DNA from: Candidatus Subterrananammoxibius californiae
Lineage (GTDB): Bacteria > Planctomycetota > Brocadiia > Brocadiales > Subterrananammoxibiaceae
Length of the DNA: 64,000 nucleotides
Assembly (NCBI GenBank): GCA_030586555.1
Contig: JAURAC010000001.1
Location: forward strand, 96,001 to 160,000
Direction of reading: 5' to 3'
Shown here: positions 39,548-49,709 of the stretch, in pieces
How positions within the stretch are numbered: the first letter of the stretch is position 1
Layout of the letters: every line of letters starts with the position of its first letter
The notes under the pieces: model-generated
The model's database searches: none
What the model was told of the DNA's origin: nothing
What the model saw: the letters and a program-made list of their open reading frames with translations, nothing else
Translations under genes and position numbers: made by a program

Positions 39548-40211
39548 TACAGGGAAGATAGCAGAAGTTGAGAAGTATATGAGGATGGGAGTTATAAGCG
39601 GTGTTACAACTAACCCAACTATTTTACTAAAAGACGGTGTGCAGGGAGGCTTAGAAGGTATAAAAAGACGGTCTATCGAAATTGCTAAATTAATTCACCC
39701 CTATCCATTATCTGTAGAGGTTACAACAAATGATAAAGAAAAGATGATAGAACAGGCAAAGGTGTTTTCTCGGTGGGCAGAGAACGTCATTGTTAAAATA
39801 ACTATTCACGGTCCTAACGGTGAACTGGAAAACATGGAGGTTATTCATGCACTTGAAACAAAGCACAATATTCGTATAAACGTAACCGCAATGATGAGCG
39901 CTCAACAATGCTTTTTAGCTGCGCTTGCAGGAGCCACTTATCTATCCATTTTTGGGGGTAGGGTTAATAACATGGGGTATAACGCATGTGATGAAATAAA
40001 GAAACTGAGGAAGGTGTTAGATGACTTTGGTCTGAAGGGAAGGATTATTGTTGGGTCAACCAGAGAAATCCTTAATGTGATTGAATGGCTTGTTGCGGGC
40101 GCTCACATAGTTACAGTAATACCAGGCTTGCTGGAAGGCATGATTGTCCATCCATACAGCAAAGAAACCATTCAGATGTTTTTAAACGATGCAGCAAAGG
40201 TTAAGTCTTGA
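39531..40211 (+). CDS. Transaldolase (short Tal/FSA family)
   Basis: IFLDT, GVTTNP, SVEV (Glu), VIVKI (Schiff-base Lys), SIFGGR (Phe), a transaldolase-type signature. Confidence 0.87.
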   Translation: MSIFLDTGKIAEVEKYMRMGVISGVTTNPTILLKDGVQGGLEGIKRRSIEIAKLIHPYPLSVEVTTNDKEKMIEQAKVFSRWAENVIVKITIHGPNGELENMEVIHALETKHNIRINVTAMMSAQQCFLAALAGATYLSIFGGRVNNMGYNACDEIKKLRKVLDDFGLKGRIIVGSTREILNVIEWLVAGAHIVTVIPGLLEGMIVHPYSKETIQMFLNDAAKVKS

Positions 40212-40256
40212 CCTTATTTTAAACCATACTATTTTTGGGAAAGGGGATATACTACG

Positions 40257-41474
40257 GTGAGAACGAAAAGGTGTTACAAGGTAGCTTTTATTGTATCGTA
40301 TCCAACGCCCAATATCCCTACATTTTACCAGAATATTGCATTACATCCCCGAATTGAAATAACCGTGTATTACTATTCAAAAGCAGTTTTAGAGCGATGT
40401 GCGGATTATGGCATAAGAAATGAAGATTGGGGCGTTTCTCTGTTAGGCAAATTTAACTATAAGTTTTTGAAAAACTTTTCAATATGGCGGGGTAGGAATA
40501 ACCCTTTTAAATTTATTAACCCTCAAATTTTTATAGAGATAAAAAAAAATTGCTTTGATGCTATAGTTCTGGGGTGTTGGGATAATGTAACATCCTGGTT
40601 GGCTATACTGGCAGCAAAGGTTTTTGGGACTCATATAATAGTGATGAGTGACTCGAATTACATTGCCGAACAGGGAAAACCTAAATATAAACTTTTAATA
40701 AAAGGATTACTCCTCGGAAAATGTTTATTTCCTATAGCCACTGCGTGTCTTTATCCTGGCACTGTTGTTGAAGAGTTTTATAAACTTTACGGCGTAGGAG
40801 AAGATAAATTATTTCATTTTCCTTATTCCATAGATACAGACCAGTTTCTTGCACTTTATCAAGATTTAAAAGACAAAAAGATTCTTTTACGGTCTGAGAT
40901 GGGTACTCCTGAAGATGCATTTGTAATACTTTTTGTTGGAAGATTGCATGACGATGATATGCCTATGGATTTGCTAAAGGCTTTTGAGCAGGTCAAGTTT
41001 GAAAAGAAGACCTTGATATTCGTTGGCGATGGACCGCTAAAGAAAGATTTGCAAGATTATACCTGCCAGCACAACCTTGAGCATGTTTATTCTCAGGGCT
41101 TTCAAAATCGGGAGAAAATTCTACGATTCTACGCCTCCGCAGACCTTTTTGTCCATCCAGCGTCCATTGAGCCTTGGGGCGTCACTGTTCATGAAGCGAT
41201 GTGCTTTGGGTTACCTGTAATCGCTACTGATAAGGTGGGGTCTGCGGTTGATTTTGTAAAACATAACCAGAATGGTTTCGTATATCCATGTGGTGATATC
41301 AAAGGGCTTGCTTCTTACATAGAGGAATTAGCAGTAGATAAGGAAAAAAGGGAAAATTTTGGTAAGACGTCCCTTGAGATTGTCAAAAATTGGGGTCGTA
41401 AGAAAGCAAGTGATAGTTTAATTGAAGCGCTGGATTTTATTTACAGGGATTATCCTGAAAGGGACGGGGATTAA
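40257..41474 (+). CDS. GT4 glycosyltransferase
   Basis: LFVGRL, VGDGP, EPWGVTVHEAM. Confidence 0.9.
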   Translation: MRTKRCYKVAFIVSYPTPNIPTFYQNIALHPRIEITVYYYSKAVLERCADYGIRNEDWGVSLLGKFNYKFLKNFSIWRGRNNPFKFINPQIFIEIKKNCFDAIVLGCWDNVTSWLAILAAKVFGTHIIVMSDSNYIAEQGKPKYKLLIKGLLLGKCLFPIATACLYPGTVVEEFYKLYGVGEDKLFHFPYSIDTDQFLALYQDLKDKKILLRSEMGTPEDAFVILFVGRLHDDDMPMDLLKAFEQVKFEKKTLIFVGDGPLKKDLQDYTCQHNLEHVYSQGFQNREKILRFYASADLFVHPASIEPWGVTVHEAMCFGLPVIATDKVGSAVDFVKHNQNGFVYPCGDIKGLASYIEELAVDKEKRENFGKTSLEIVKNWGRKKASDSLIEALDFIYRDYPERDGD

Positions 41475-41483
41475 AAATTTAGT

Positions 41484-42917
41484 ATGATTTCCGGGGTAAA
41501 AAATTACAGGCATTCTTTAATTGGAGTTTCAGTTGCTATTTGGATAACCATAGCAGCAGGAGTATTTCTTATCTTTATCTCCTCAAGCAAGCAGCTCGGG
41601 CTTGTCTCAGGAATGGTATTTATCCTGGTAGGACTATATCCATTTGTAAGGGCATGTATGAGAAGGGAGTTCGATGCCTTTGAGATAATTAATATGTTTG
41701 TATTATATATGATAGTACATATAGGTATTCAGGGACTCATCGGGATAAAGTATGACAGCAAATTCTTGTTTTACGACCCTGACTCAGACCACTTAGACAT
41801 CTTAAAACTCAAGACTTTTTCCTATAGTACATTAGCTTTGCTATTTTTATATCTCGGATATTATTCCAGGTTTGGTAATCGCTGGTTAAAAGTATTGCCA
41901 TGGCTAAATTTTGATTGGGGAAAGGGCAAGGTGGTAATTTGTTTTTTTATTTATTTTGTAATCAGCCAGATGGCAATAGCTATTTTTACAACGAAATTTG
42001 GCAGTTTGGGGGAAGCGAAATTTGGGACTAACCCTGCTAAGATTATAGATAATGTCATTCAGAGCGGCACCACCGAACACATCCGCGTCTTTTTTCACTT
42101 TTTTTGGACTATATTTTATGTCTCATGCATATATAAATTTGTTAAAAAGAAGAGCATTTGGGGGCATATTACTGTCATATTTTGCTTCTCAGAGGCATTT
42201 ATCATGTTTTTACTTTTTGGTGGGAAGTCACCAGTTCTATTTGCAATCGGAACATATATAATTGCTCGACATTATTTAAAAAAACCAATTAGTTTAAAAA
42301 TGTATGTTCTCTTATTTATTGGGATATTTTTTCTATACCCCTTTCTTATCTTTATTCAAATCAATGGTATATACAGTAACTGGAGCGATCTCGTGAATTA
42401 CTACAATTCAGCCCTTAAGAATCCTACAGAACTCTTGCTTCCTTTCTTAGGTAGAGAGGCAGGATTCACTCCATTTGCACTATTTATAGACTCAATTGAT
42501 TCTGGAAGGAGTCTCGAACTCGGCAGACCAATGACCTTTCTCTTTTACTTCTTTATTCCTCGTGTATTGTGGGAAGGAAAACCCCTACCCTTCTCGCTCA
42601 CATTCGATGAAGAATATGCAGGCAGGTCTGTTGCTGGTGCCAATGCACCATCTCTTCCTGGTGAGCTATATGTGAATTTCCACCTGGTAGGCGTGGTGTT
42701 GGGATTTTTGCTCTTGGGGATTTTAATGAAGTTATGTTACCAATGTCTCATAAAGCGCAACCATAATAAATCAAGTTTACTTATTTACCTGCCCATGGTG
42801 CTTTTTACTCCAAACATACTTGAAGCGGGAACGATGGTAATTACACTTTATTTGGTAGCATTGCTTCCCATAATGTTTTTTTTATGGTTTGTCAAATCCA
42901 AAGGTCAGGGAATCTGA
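41484..42917 (+). CDS. Probable Wzy polymerase
   Basis: ~11-12 TM helices, FFIPRVLWEGKP, GELYVNF. Confidence 0.75.
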   Translation: MISGVKNYRHSLIGVSVAIWITIAAGVFLIFISSSKQLGLVSGMVFILVGLYPFVRACMRREFDAFEIINMFVLYMIVHIGIQGLIGIKYDSKFLFYDPDSDHLDILKLKTFSYSTLALLFLYLGYYSRFGNRWLKVLPWLNFDWGKGKVVICFFIYFVISQMAIAIFTTKFGSLGEAKFGTNPAKIIDNVIQSGTTEHIRVFFHFFWTIFYVSCIYKFVKKKSIWGHITVIFCFSEAFIMFLLFGGKSPVLFAIGTYIIARHYLKKPISLKMYVLLFIGIFFLYPFLIFIQINGIYSNWSDLVNYYNSALKNPTELLLPFLGREAGFTPFALFIDSIDSGRSLELGRPMTFLFYFFIPRVLWEGKPLPFSLTFDEEYAGRSVAGANAPSLPGELYVNFHLVGVVLGFLLLGILMKLCYQCLIKRNHNKSSLLIYLPMVLFTPNILEAGTMVITLYLVALLPIMFFLWFVKSKGQGI

Positions 42918-42952
42918 TTTAGAGGCTATCTTAAATAAGATTATGAGTTTAG

Positions 42953-43681
42953 ATGAAGGACAAGAATTACGGTAAAGAATATTTCGCTCACGACCTCGAT
43001 AAAAGCTGGTATTCCAGAGTGCCAAAAGGGAAAAGAATTCGGCATGGGGCTTGGTTGAAAAGGTATCTAAAGGGTGCCATTGAGAGCCGTGGAAGAATTT
43101 TAGAAGTAGGTTGTGGGCTTGGATTTCTTGCAAAGTATTTAGAGGCAGAAGATAACTTTAAGATAATTGGTTTGGATATTTCAAAATATGCTATTCAGAT
43201 GGCAAAAAGCCGCACATCAGGGGCTTGTTTCCTTGTGGCTTCTGCCGAAAAGTTACCTTTTAAACCCGGAGCGTTTCATAGCGTAATAGCGCTTGATGTA
43301 ATTGAACATTTGGTACGTCCTGAGGATTTTGTCAATAGCACTTTCAATGTTCTAAAGAGCGGTGGGATGCTAATCTTAAAAACCCCTAATTTAGAGTCGT
43401 ACGGCGCCAGGAAAAAAGGAGATTCCTCCTTTATATGGGGGGATAAAACCCATATTAGTGTAAAGAGGATTAGTGAGTGGAGAGAAATATTGAAGAAAGG
43501 AGGGTTCACAATAATTAAAGATGGAACCGACACCCTCTGGGATGTGCCATATTGGAAATTTATCCCCTCCTTTTTGCAGAAATTTTCGCTTATTCCTTTA
43601 ACCATTGTTCTTGCCTTCTTGTTTGGTTTCTTTTCCTGGCATTATGGCGAGAATTACTTTTGCGTCTCACAGAAAAAATAA
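42953..43681 (+). CDS. Class I SAM-dependent methyltransferase
   Basis: LEVGCGLG, DVIEHL, TPN. Confidence 0.88.
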   Translation: MKDKNYGKEYFAHDLDKSWYSRVPKGKRIRHGAWLKRYLKGAIESRGRILEVGCGLGFLAKYLEAEDNFKIIGLDISKYAIQMAKSRTSGACFLVASAEKLPFKPGAFHSVIALDVIEHLVRPEDFVNSTFNVLKSGGMLILKTPNLESYGARKKGDSSFIWGDKTHISVKRISEWREILKKGGFTIIKDGTDTLWDVPYWKFIPSFLQKFSLIPLTIVLAFLFGFFSWHYGENYFCVSQKK

Positions 43682-43800
43682 TATATACCCTTGGGCAATC
43701 GCACGTTAATAGAATATGATTAGCACCGGGCGGATTTTAAATTCGGAATTTCGCAAATGGAACAAAATACATAAAGAAATATATTAGCATAGAGGATACC

Positions 43801-45012
43801 ATGGGCATGACCACTGCTCAAAGAAAACTCCTTTTGAGAAGGGTAAAATCAGGTTGTTTTTATTTAATATCTGGTGTGTTGAGCATGTTGAATAATGTAA
43901 AGAGCCGCTGCTTGGCTGGACCAAATAAAACATATAGCAGAATTCTTTTGATAAGTCCTGCTCATATAGGAGATTTCATCTGGACTTCATCTATTATAAG
44001 GGCATTATCTATGGTATATCCCTACATAGAATTTGATGTTGTTGTAAACCATGATAGCAGGGAAATTGCTTCCCTCATACCTAATGTAAGAAATGTATTA
44101 GCTTTTAATTATAATAGAGGAAGGGGCGCTGGTCTATCAACTGGAAGGTCAGATTGGTCTAATATAAAAAAAGTTTTAAAAGAGATAATGAGGAGTGAAT
44201 ACGACGGTTTAATAGTTTTTCTCCCGGATATGATACTAAACCTGTTAGTACAATTTTTTTCCCTTTTCAGGAAAAGGCCAATAAAGGTTTGTGATATATC
44301 CTGGTTAAATTTAGGTAACGTATTAAATAGACTTGCTGGAACTAAAGAAGTAAAACACGAACTTGATATTTTTAAGCAGGTTGTATCTCATTTAGTTAAA
44401 AATGGTAAAATTCCAGAGCCTATCCCTTTTATTGAAATACCCGAAGCTAACAAATCTCAGTCTAAACCACATTTAAATGATAAGCTCCTAACTGGTTTTT
44501 GTGTTGGCGCTGGATGGAAATACAAGAAATGGAACAGGACACACTTCTTGAAGGTTGCGAATTTAATCTTACAAGAATACAAGAATGCTCTAATCATGGT
44601 ATATGGCGTTGACAGTGAAGATGCAGAGACTGCAAATTTTATTAAACAAAATTGTACATGCCCAGAAAAGGTGGAGACATTCATAAATAGAGAAATGCTG
44701 GATTTTCTAAAAAGTCTACAACAGTGTAATCTGGTAATTTCAAACGATTCTGGTCCGGCGCATATTGCCAGCGCACTTGGTGTTCCACTAATAGTCATCT
44801 TTGGTCCGGTGGACCCTGCCAGAGCTACACCACGAGGAACCTCTACAGTTAAGGTTCATTGGAACAGAGTAGAATGCAGTCCCTGTAGTCAAACCGTTTG
44901 CTTTAATTCAGTAAAACGAAAATGTATGGACAGTGTTCTTCCTGTAGAGGTATTTAGAGGGGTTAAAGAAGCAATTCAGAGTTTTTATATTAAACAACCT
45001 TTAGGATTGTAG
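43801..45012 (+). CDS. GT9 (heptosyltransferase-family) glycosyltransferase
   Basis: HIGD, GAGWKYKKW, ISNDSGPAHIASALG..IFGP, CSPC. Confidence 0.85.
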   Translation: MGMTTAQRKLLLRRVKSGCFYLISGVLSMLNNVKSRCLAGPNKTYSRILLISPAHIGDFIWTSSIIRALSMVYPYIEFDVVVNHDSREIASLIPNVRNVLAFNYNRGRGAGLSTGRSDWSNIKKVLKEIMRSEYDGLIVFLPDMILNLLVQFFSLFRKRPIKVCDISWLNLGNVLNRLAGTKEVKHELDIFKQVVSHLVKNGKIPEPIPFIEIPEANKSQSKPHLNDKLLTGFCVGAGWKYKKWNRTHFLKVANLILQEYKNALIMVYGVDSEDAETANFIKQNCTCPEKVETFINREMLDFLKSLQQCNLVISNDSGPAHIASALGVPLIVIFGPVDPARATPRGTSTVKVHWNRVECSPCSQTVCFNSVKRKCMDSVLPVEVFRGVKEAIQSFYIKQPLGL

Positions 45013-46274
45013 TGCGTGTCTGGTTAATTACAGTTGGAGAGCCGTTGCCAACAGATGGTGAAAACGAGCGGCTTCTTCGCATAGGTATGTTGGCAAACTT
45101 TTTAGTAGCAAAAAGGCATGAAGTCGTTTGGTGGACATCCACCTTTGACCATGCAAGAAAGAAACACCGGTTTAACACAGACACTTTAACTACAGTGAAC
45201 GACCATTACAAGATTAATTTGTTGCATTCGATAGCGTATTATAAGAATGTTTCGTTTAGGCGCATTATCAACCATTACGGTGTTGCGCATAAATTTTCAA
45301 GGCTGTCAGGCTTAGAGCAAGAGCCCGATGTTATATTGTGCTCTCTGCCTACTTTAGAGCTGTGCTCAGCCGCAACGGCATATGGAAAGCAAAGAGAAGT
45401 CCCCGTTGTTCTCGACGTACGTGATTTGTGGCCTGATTTATTTGTAGAGTTGGCGCCTGTGTGGGCGCAGTGGTTTGTAAAGCTCCTATTATTTCCTATG
45501 TTTAGGACAGTGCGCGCTGTATGTTCAGGCGCTACTGCTATTGTTGGAAACAACCCTGCTTTTGTTGATTGGGGTGTAAACTACGCAAAACGAGTTCGTA
45601 CAAATTTAGACAGAGACTTTCCTATGGGTTACAGCCTGGTCGTGCCTGATCAAGAAGCAATCTTAGAAGCAGAAAGGTTCTGGTTGAAACATGGGGTAAA
45701 CAAAAACAATAAAGAGTTTATTGCCTGTTATTTTGGGGTGTTCAGTCGTCAGCGTGAATTAGAGACCGTTGTCGAAGCCGCACAGAAATTACAAAAACAA
45801 AACAGGCCAATTCGTTTCGTATTATGTGGTAATGGCGATAATTTAGATTATTACAAGAATATGGCAAAGGACTGTGAAAACGTTATTTTCCCTGGGTGGG
45901 TAGGAAGAGATGACATCTGGACGCTGATGAGAATGTCCTCTGTGGGTTTAGCGCCATATCCAAGCAATAAAAACTATATTACAAATCTTACCAATAAACC
46001 CATTGAGTATCTTTCCGCCGGGTTGCCGATTGTCTCGAGCTTGAAAGGTGTTTTAAAGGATTTGTTGTCGGCGTGCAATTGTGGGGTGACTTATGAGAAT
46101 GGTAATTCTGATGAGTTGGCATCTATTTTAATCAGTTTATATGATAACCCTGATCGACTTAAAGTTATGTCTAAGAACGCATCTGCACTATATGAAGAAA
46201 AATTTGTTGCAGAGAAAGTATATAGCGAAATGATTAGTTATCTGGAAGAAGTTTGCGCGAATTATAGAAAATAG
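45012..46274 (+). CDS. GT4 glycosyltransferase (WbuB-like)
   Basis: DVRDLWPD, NKPIEYLSAGLPIV. Confidence 0.85.
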   Translation: MRVWLITVGEPLPTDGENERLLRIGMLANFLVAKRHEVVWWTSTFDHARKKHRFNTDTLTTVNDHYKINLLHSIAYYKNVSFRRIINHYGVAHKFSRLSGLEQEPDVILCSLPTLELCSAATAYGKQREVPVVLDVRDLWPDLFVELAPVWAQWFVKLLLFPMFRTVRAVCSGATAIVGNNPAFVDWGVNYAKRVRTNLDRDFPMGYSLVVPDQEAILEAERFWLKHGVNKNNKEFIACYFGVFSRQRELETVVEAAQKLQKQNRPIRFVLCGNGDNLDYYKNMAKDCENVIFPGWVGRDDIWTLMRMSSVGLAPYPSNKNYITNLTNKPIEYLSAGLPIVSSLKGVLKDLLSACNCGVTYENGNSDELASILISLYDNPDRLKVMSKNASALYEEKFVAEKVYSEMISYLEEVCANYRK

Positions 46275-46284
46275 AGAAGGGCAA

Positions 46285-47064
46285 ATGTCAGTAGATTATT
46301 TAGCAGTAACTGAACTATCAGGGGATAAAGTTGCTCAAGAGCAGGTGGACAGGCTCTATAACCGCTATTATTGGGCTGGCAGATATTGCGTCGGCAAGGA
46401 TGTCTTAGAGGTTGCATGTGGTACCGGGCAGGGCTTAGGGCATTTATTAGAACGGGCTAAAAGTGTTAATGCAGGCGATTATTCAACCGACATCTTGAAA
46501 ATTGCTCAAGCACACTATGGCGATAGAATTGCGTTGAAGCAATTTGACGCTCAAGACATACCTTATCCCGATAAGTCAATGGACGTTGTTATCCTTTTTG
46601 AAGCGATTTATTATATCCACTCGGCAGAGAAGTTTGTAAGCGAGTGTCGGCGTATTTTGAGAAATGGCGGCAAGGTCTTGATTGCAACCGCTAACAAAGA
46701 TTTGTACGATTTTAACCCCAGCCCACACAGCTACAAATATTACGGTGTTGTTGAGCTGCACGATTTGTTTAAGAAGCATGGGTTTTCCGTAGAGTGTTTC
46801 GGTAATACGCCTGTTGACGTATTGTCGTTACGGCAGAGGGTGCTTCGCCCGCTAAAGAAACTCGCCGTGAAGTCCGGGTTGGTACCAAAAACGGCTGACG
46901 GGAAGAAATTCTTTAAGAGACTGGTTTTTGGCCGCCTTGTTAAAATGCCTGACGAAATAGAAGACGGTATGATGCCATATATGGAACCAACCAAATTATC
47001 TTCCATTCAGGCAGACAGGAAACACAAGGTGATATATTGTGTTGCTACTTTGCAGAAGGATTAA
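46285..47064 (+). CDS. Class I SAM-dependent methyltransferase
   Basis: VLEVACGTG, FEAIYY, RILRNGG. Confidence 0.85.
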   Translation: MSVDYLAVTELSGDKVAQEQVDRLYNRYYWAGRYCVGKDVLEVACGTGQGLGHLLERAKSVNAGDYSTDILKIAQAHYGDRIALKQFDAQDIPYPDKSMDVVILFEAIYYIHSAEKFVSECRRILRNGGKVLIATANKDLYDFNPSPHSYKYYGVVELHDLFKKHGFSVECFGNTPVDVLSLRQRVLRPLKKLAVKSGLVPKTADGKKFFKRLVFGRLVKMPDEIEDGMMPYMEPTKLSSIQADRKHKVIYCVATLQKD

Positions 47065-47079
47065 ACTGAGGGATTGAAC

Positions 47080-47706
47080 ATGCTAAAGCGTCTATTCGAT
47101 ATTGCTTTTTCTCTGTTTGGGTTGATTCTGTTTTCTCCGTTTTTATTGGGATTGGTTCTTATGATAAAGAGGGAAGATAGCGGGCCTGTTTTTTATCGTG
47201 GAGTAAGGGTAGGCAGGGATGGCAAGTTATTTAAAATTTTCAAATTTCGGACAATGGTGGTGAATGCAGAGAAGATTGGTGGCCCATCCACTGCGGATGA
47301 TGACCCGAGGATTACAAAGATTGGGAAGTTCATTAGAAAACACAAACTTGATGAGTTGCCACAATTAATAAATGTTCTTAAAGGCGATATGAGTCTTGTC
47401 GGACCAAGACCAGAGGTTCAACATTATGTTAATATGTTTACTGAGGAAGAAAAGACTATCCTAAATGCACGCCCGGGAATTACCGACTGGGCATCCCTTT
47501 GGGATTCTGATGAAGGGGCAATTCTTGCTGGATGTTCTGACCCTGAGAAGGTTTACATGGAAAAAATAAGACCGGAAAAGATAAGGCTTCAATTGAAATA
47601 TGTTAGAGGATATTCTTTTTGGGTGGATTTGGGGATAATTTTCCAAACATTGTTTAAAATTATTTGGCAGCCATTAGCCCATGAAAGTGATAGTAAATTA
47701 TCCTGA
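47080..47706 (+). CDS. Initiating phosphoglycosyl transferase (PglC/WcaJ-like)
   Basis: KRLFD, KFRTM, LDELPQLINVLKGDMSLVGPRP, PGIT. Confidence 0.92.
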   Translation: MLKRLFDIAFSLFGLILFSPFLLGLVLMIKREDSGPVFYRGVRVGRDGKLFKIFKFRTMVVNAEKIGGPSTADDDPRITKIGKFIRKHKLDELPQLINVLKGDMSLVGPRPEVQHYVNMFTEEEKTILNARPGITDWASLWDSDEGAILAGCSDPEKVYMEKIRPEKIRLQLKYVRGYSFWVDLGIIFQTLFKIIWQPLAHESDSKLS

Positions 47707-48673
47707 GGAATTTTTAGAAAAACTTTACACTACGATGTTAAGAATACGGCTTTGTGAGGAAAGCCTCGTTGAGCCAATTCTTAATGGGAAGATTCACTGC
47801 CCTGTGCATCTATGTACCGGGCAAGAGGCAATTGCTACTGGCGTGTGTGCTGCGATAAAGGAGGATGATTATGTCTTTGGTACCCATCGTTCTCACGGTC
47901 ACTATCTTGCCAAGGGTGGTGACATGAGGGAACTCATCGCTGAAATTTATGGTAAAGAAACAGGCTGTTCTCGAGGAAGAGGCGGGTCCATGCATATCTG
48001 CGCTCCAGAGAAGGGTATGATGGGTTCGGCACCTATTGTAGCCGGCACGATTTCTTTAGCTGTAGGTGCAGCTATGGCTACAAAGATTAGAAAGGGAAAT
48101 CGAGTTACCGTTTGTTTCTTTGGAGACGGCGCTACTGGAGAAGGAGTCTTTTATGAGTCGTTGAATTTTGCGGCTCTAAAAAAATTGCCGATTGTTTTTG
48201 CATGTGAAAACAATTTTTATTCAACCCATTTGCCTATTAGAGAATGTCGCCCTGAAAATAATATTTTTGAAATAGGAAAGCCCTTTTGTATACCGAGCTT
48301 CAGGGTAGATGGTAACAATGTTTTGGAAGTATATGAGATTGCCAGAAACGCAGTAGAACTATGCCGTGATGATAATGGACCAGTATTTATAGAATTTATG
48401 ACTTACCGTTTGCGTGGTCATGTAGGTCCGAACGATAATATCCAGGGTGACCATACCGATATTAGACCAAAAGACGAGGTGGAAAGTTGGTTTAAAAAGG
48501 AACCAATTATAAGATTTGAGCAATTCCTTGTTGATAACCGGATTTTTAAGAAAGAAGGTTTAGAGAAAATTAAAGAAGAATTGGCAAAGGAAGTAAATGA
48601 TGCTCATACCTTTGCCAGGGAAAGTTCCTATCCTGAAAAAGGTGAACTTATAAGGTATGTTTACAAAGAATAG
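47681..48673 (+). CDS. ThDP-dependent dehydrogenase E1 alpha-like subunit
   Basis: GQEA, HRSHGH, GRGGSMH, GDGA..ENN, YRLRGH. Confidence 0.92.
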   Translation: MKVIVNYPEEFLEKLYTTMLRIRLCEESLVEPILNGKIHCPVHLCTGQEAIATGVCAAIKEDDYVFGTHRSHGHYLAKGGDMRELIAEIYGKETGCSRGRGGSMHICAPEKGMMGSAPIVAGTISLAVGAAMATKIRKGNRVTVCFFGDGATGEGVFYESLNFAALKKLPIVFACENNFYSTHLPIRECRPENNIFEIGKPFCIPSFRVDGNNVLEVYEIARNAVELCRDDNGPVFIEFMTYRLRGHVGPNDNIQGDHTDIRPKDEVESWFKKEPIIRFEQFLVDNRIFKKEGLEKIKEELAKEVNDAHTFARESSYPEKGELIRYVYKE

Positions 48674-49709
48674 AAAACTTTCATATAGTTTGGCAATGAA
48701 CGAAGCCCTTCACCAAATAATGAGTACTGATGAATCTGTTTTTGTTATTGGACAAGGTGTCAAAAGCCCTTGGTATGTTGGAAATACCGTCCAGGGTTTG
48801 CTTGAGAAATTTGGTCCGGAAAGGGTAATTGATACCCCTGTTTCAGAAAATGCATTAACAGGTGTAGCCGTGGGAACGGCTCTTGTTGGCATGAGACCAG
48901 TGGTTGTGCATCCCCGTATGGATTTCATGATGTTTGCTATGGACCCTATCATCAATGAAGCAGCAAATTGGCATTATATGACTGGTGGGCGGGCATCAGT
49001 TCCTGTGGTCATTAGAGGAATAATTAACAGAGGTGGTGAACAAGCTGCTCAGCATTCGCAGGCAATTCATGCCCTCTTTGCTCATATCCCGGGTTTAAAG
49101 GTGGTATTACCTGCGACTCCATATGATGCAAAGGGATTAATGGTTGCATCAATAAGAGACGATAATCCTGTAATTTACATAGATGACCGTTGGCTTTATC
49201 CCGTTGAAGGAGAGGTACCCGAAGACCTTTATGAGGTACCTTTAGGAAAGGGAATTTGTAGGGTAGAAGGTAGCGACTTAACTATTGTGGCAACTTCGTA
49301 CATGGTGTTGGAATCTCTCAAGGTATCAGAAACTCTTTTGGAAGAAGGAATTAGCGTGGAAGTCATTGATTTGCGCACTATTAAACCCTTAGATGAGGAA
49401 CTCGTCCTTGAATCGGTTAAAAAAACGGGACGTCTTGTGATAGCAGATGGCGGTTGGAAGAGTTATGGTACATCTTCAGAGATTTCTGCCATGATAGCAG
49501 AAAAAGCATTTGAATACTTAAAATCCCCTATCTTACGGGTTACCCTGCCTGACTGTCCAGCGCCAGCCAGTTCTGTTCTTGAAAATGAATATTATCCAAA
49601 AAGTAAAAACATTATTTCGGTGGTAAAAAGGTTATTTCAGAAGGATTATAGAGAGGGGCTTAAATATGGACAAAAAAGTAAAGTATTTCGATTACCCAGT
49701 ACAGTTTAA
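48657..49709 (+). CDS. ThDP-dependent dehydrogenase E1 beta-like subunit
   Basis: DTPVSE, AQHSQ, IPGLKVV, EVIDLRTIKPLD. Confidence 0.92.
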   Translation: MFTKNRKLSYSLAMNEALHQIMSTDESVFVIGQGVKSPWYVGNTVQGLLEKFGPERVIDTPVSENALTGVAVGTALVGMRPVVVHPRMDFMMFAMDPIINEAANWHYMTGGRASVPVVIRGIINRGGEQAAQHSQAIHALFAHIPGLKVVLPATPYDAKGLMVASIRDDNPVIYIDDRWLYPVEGEVPEDLYEVPLGKGICRVEGSDLTIVATSYMVLESLKVSETLLEEGISVEVIDLRTIKPLDEELVLESVKKTGRLVIADGGWKSYGTSSEISAMIAEKAFEYLKSPILRVTLPDCPAPASSVLENEYYPKSKNIISVVKRLFQKDYREGLKYGQKSKVFRLPSTV

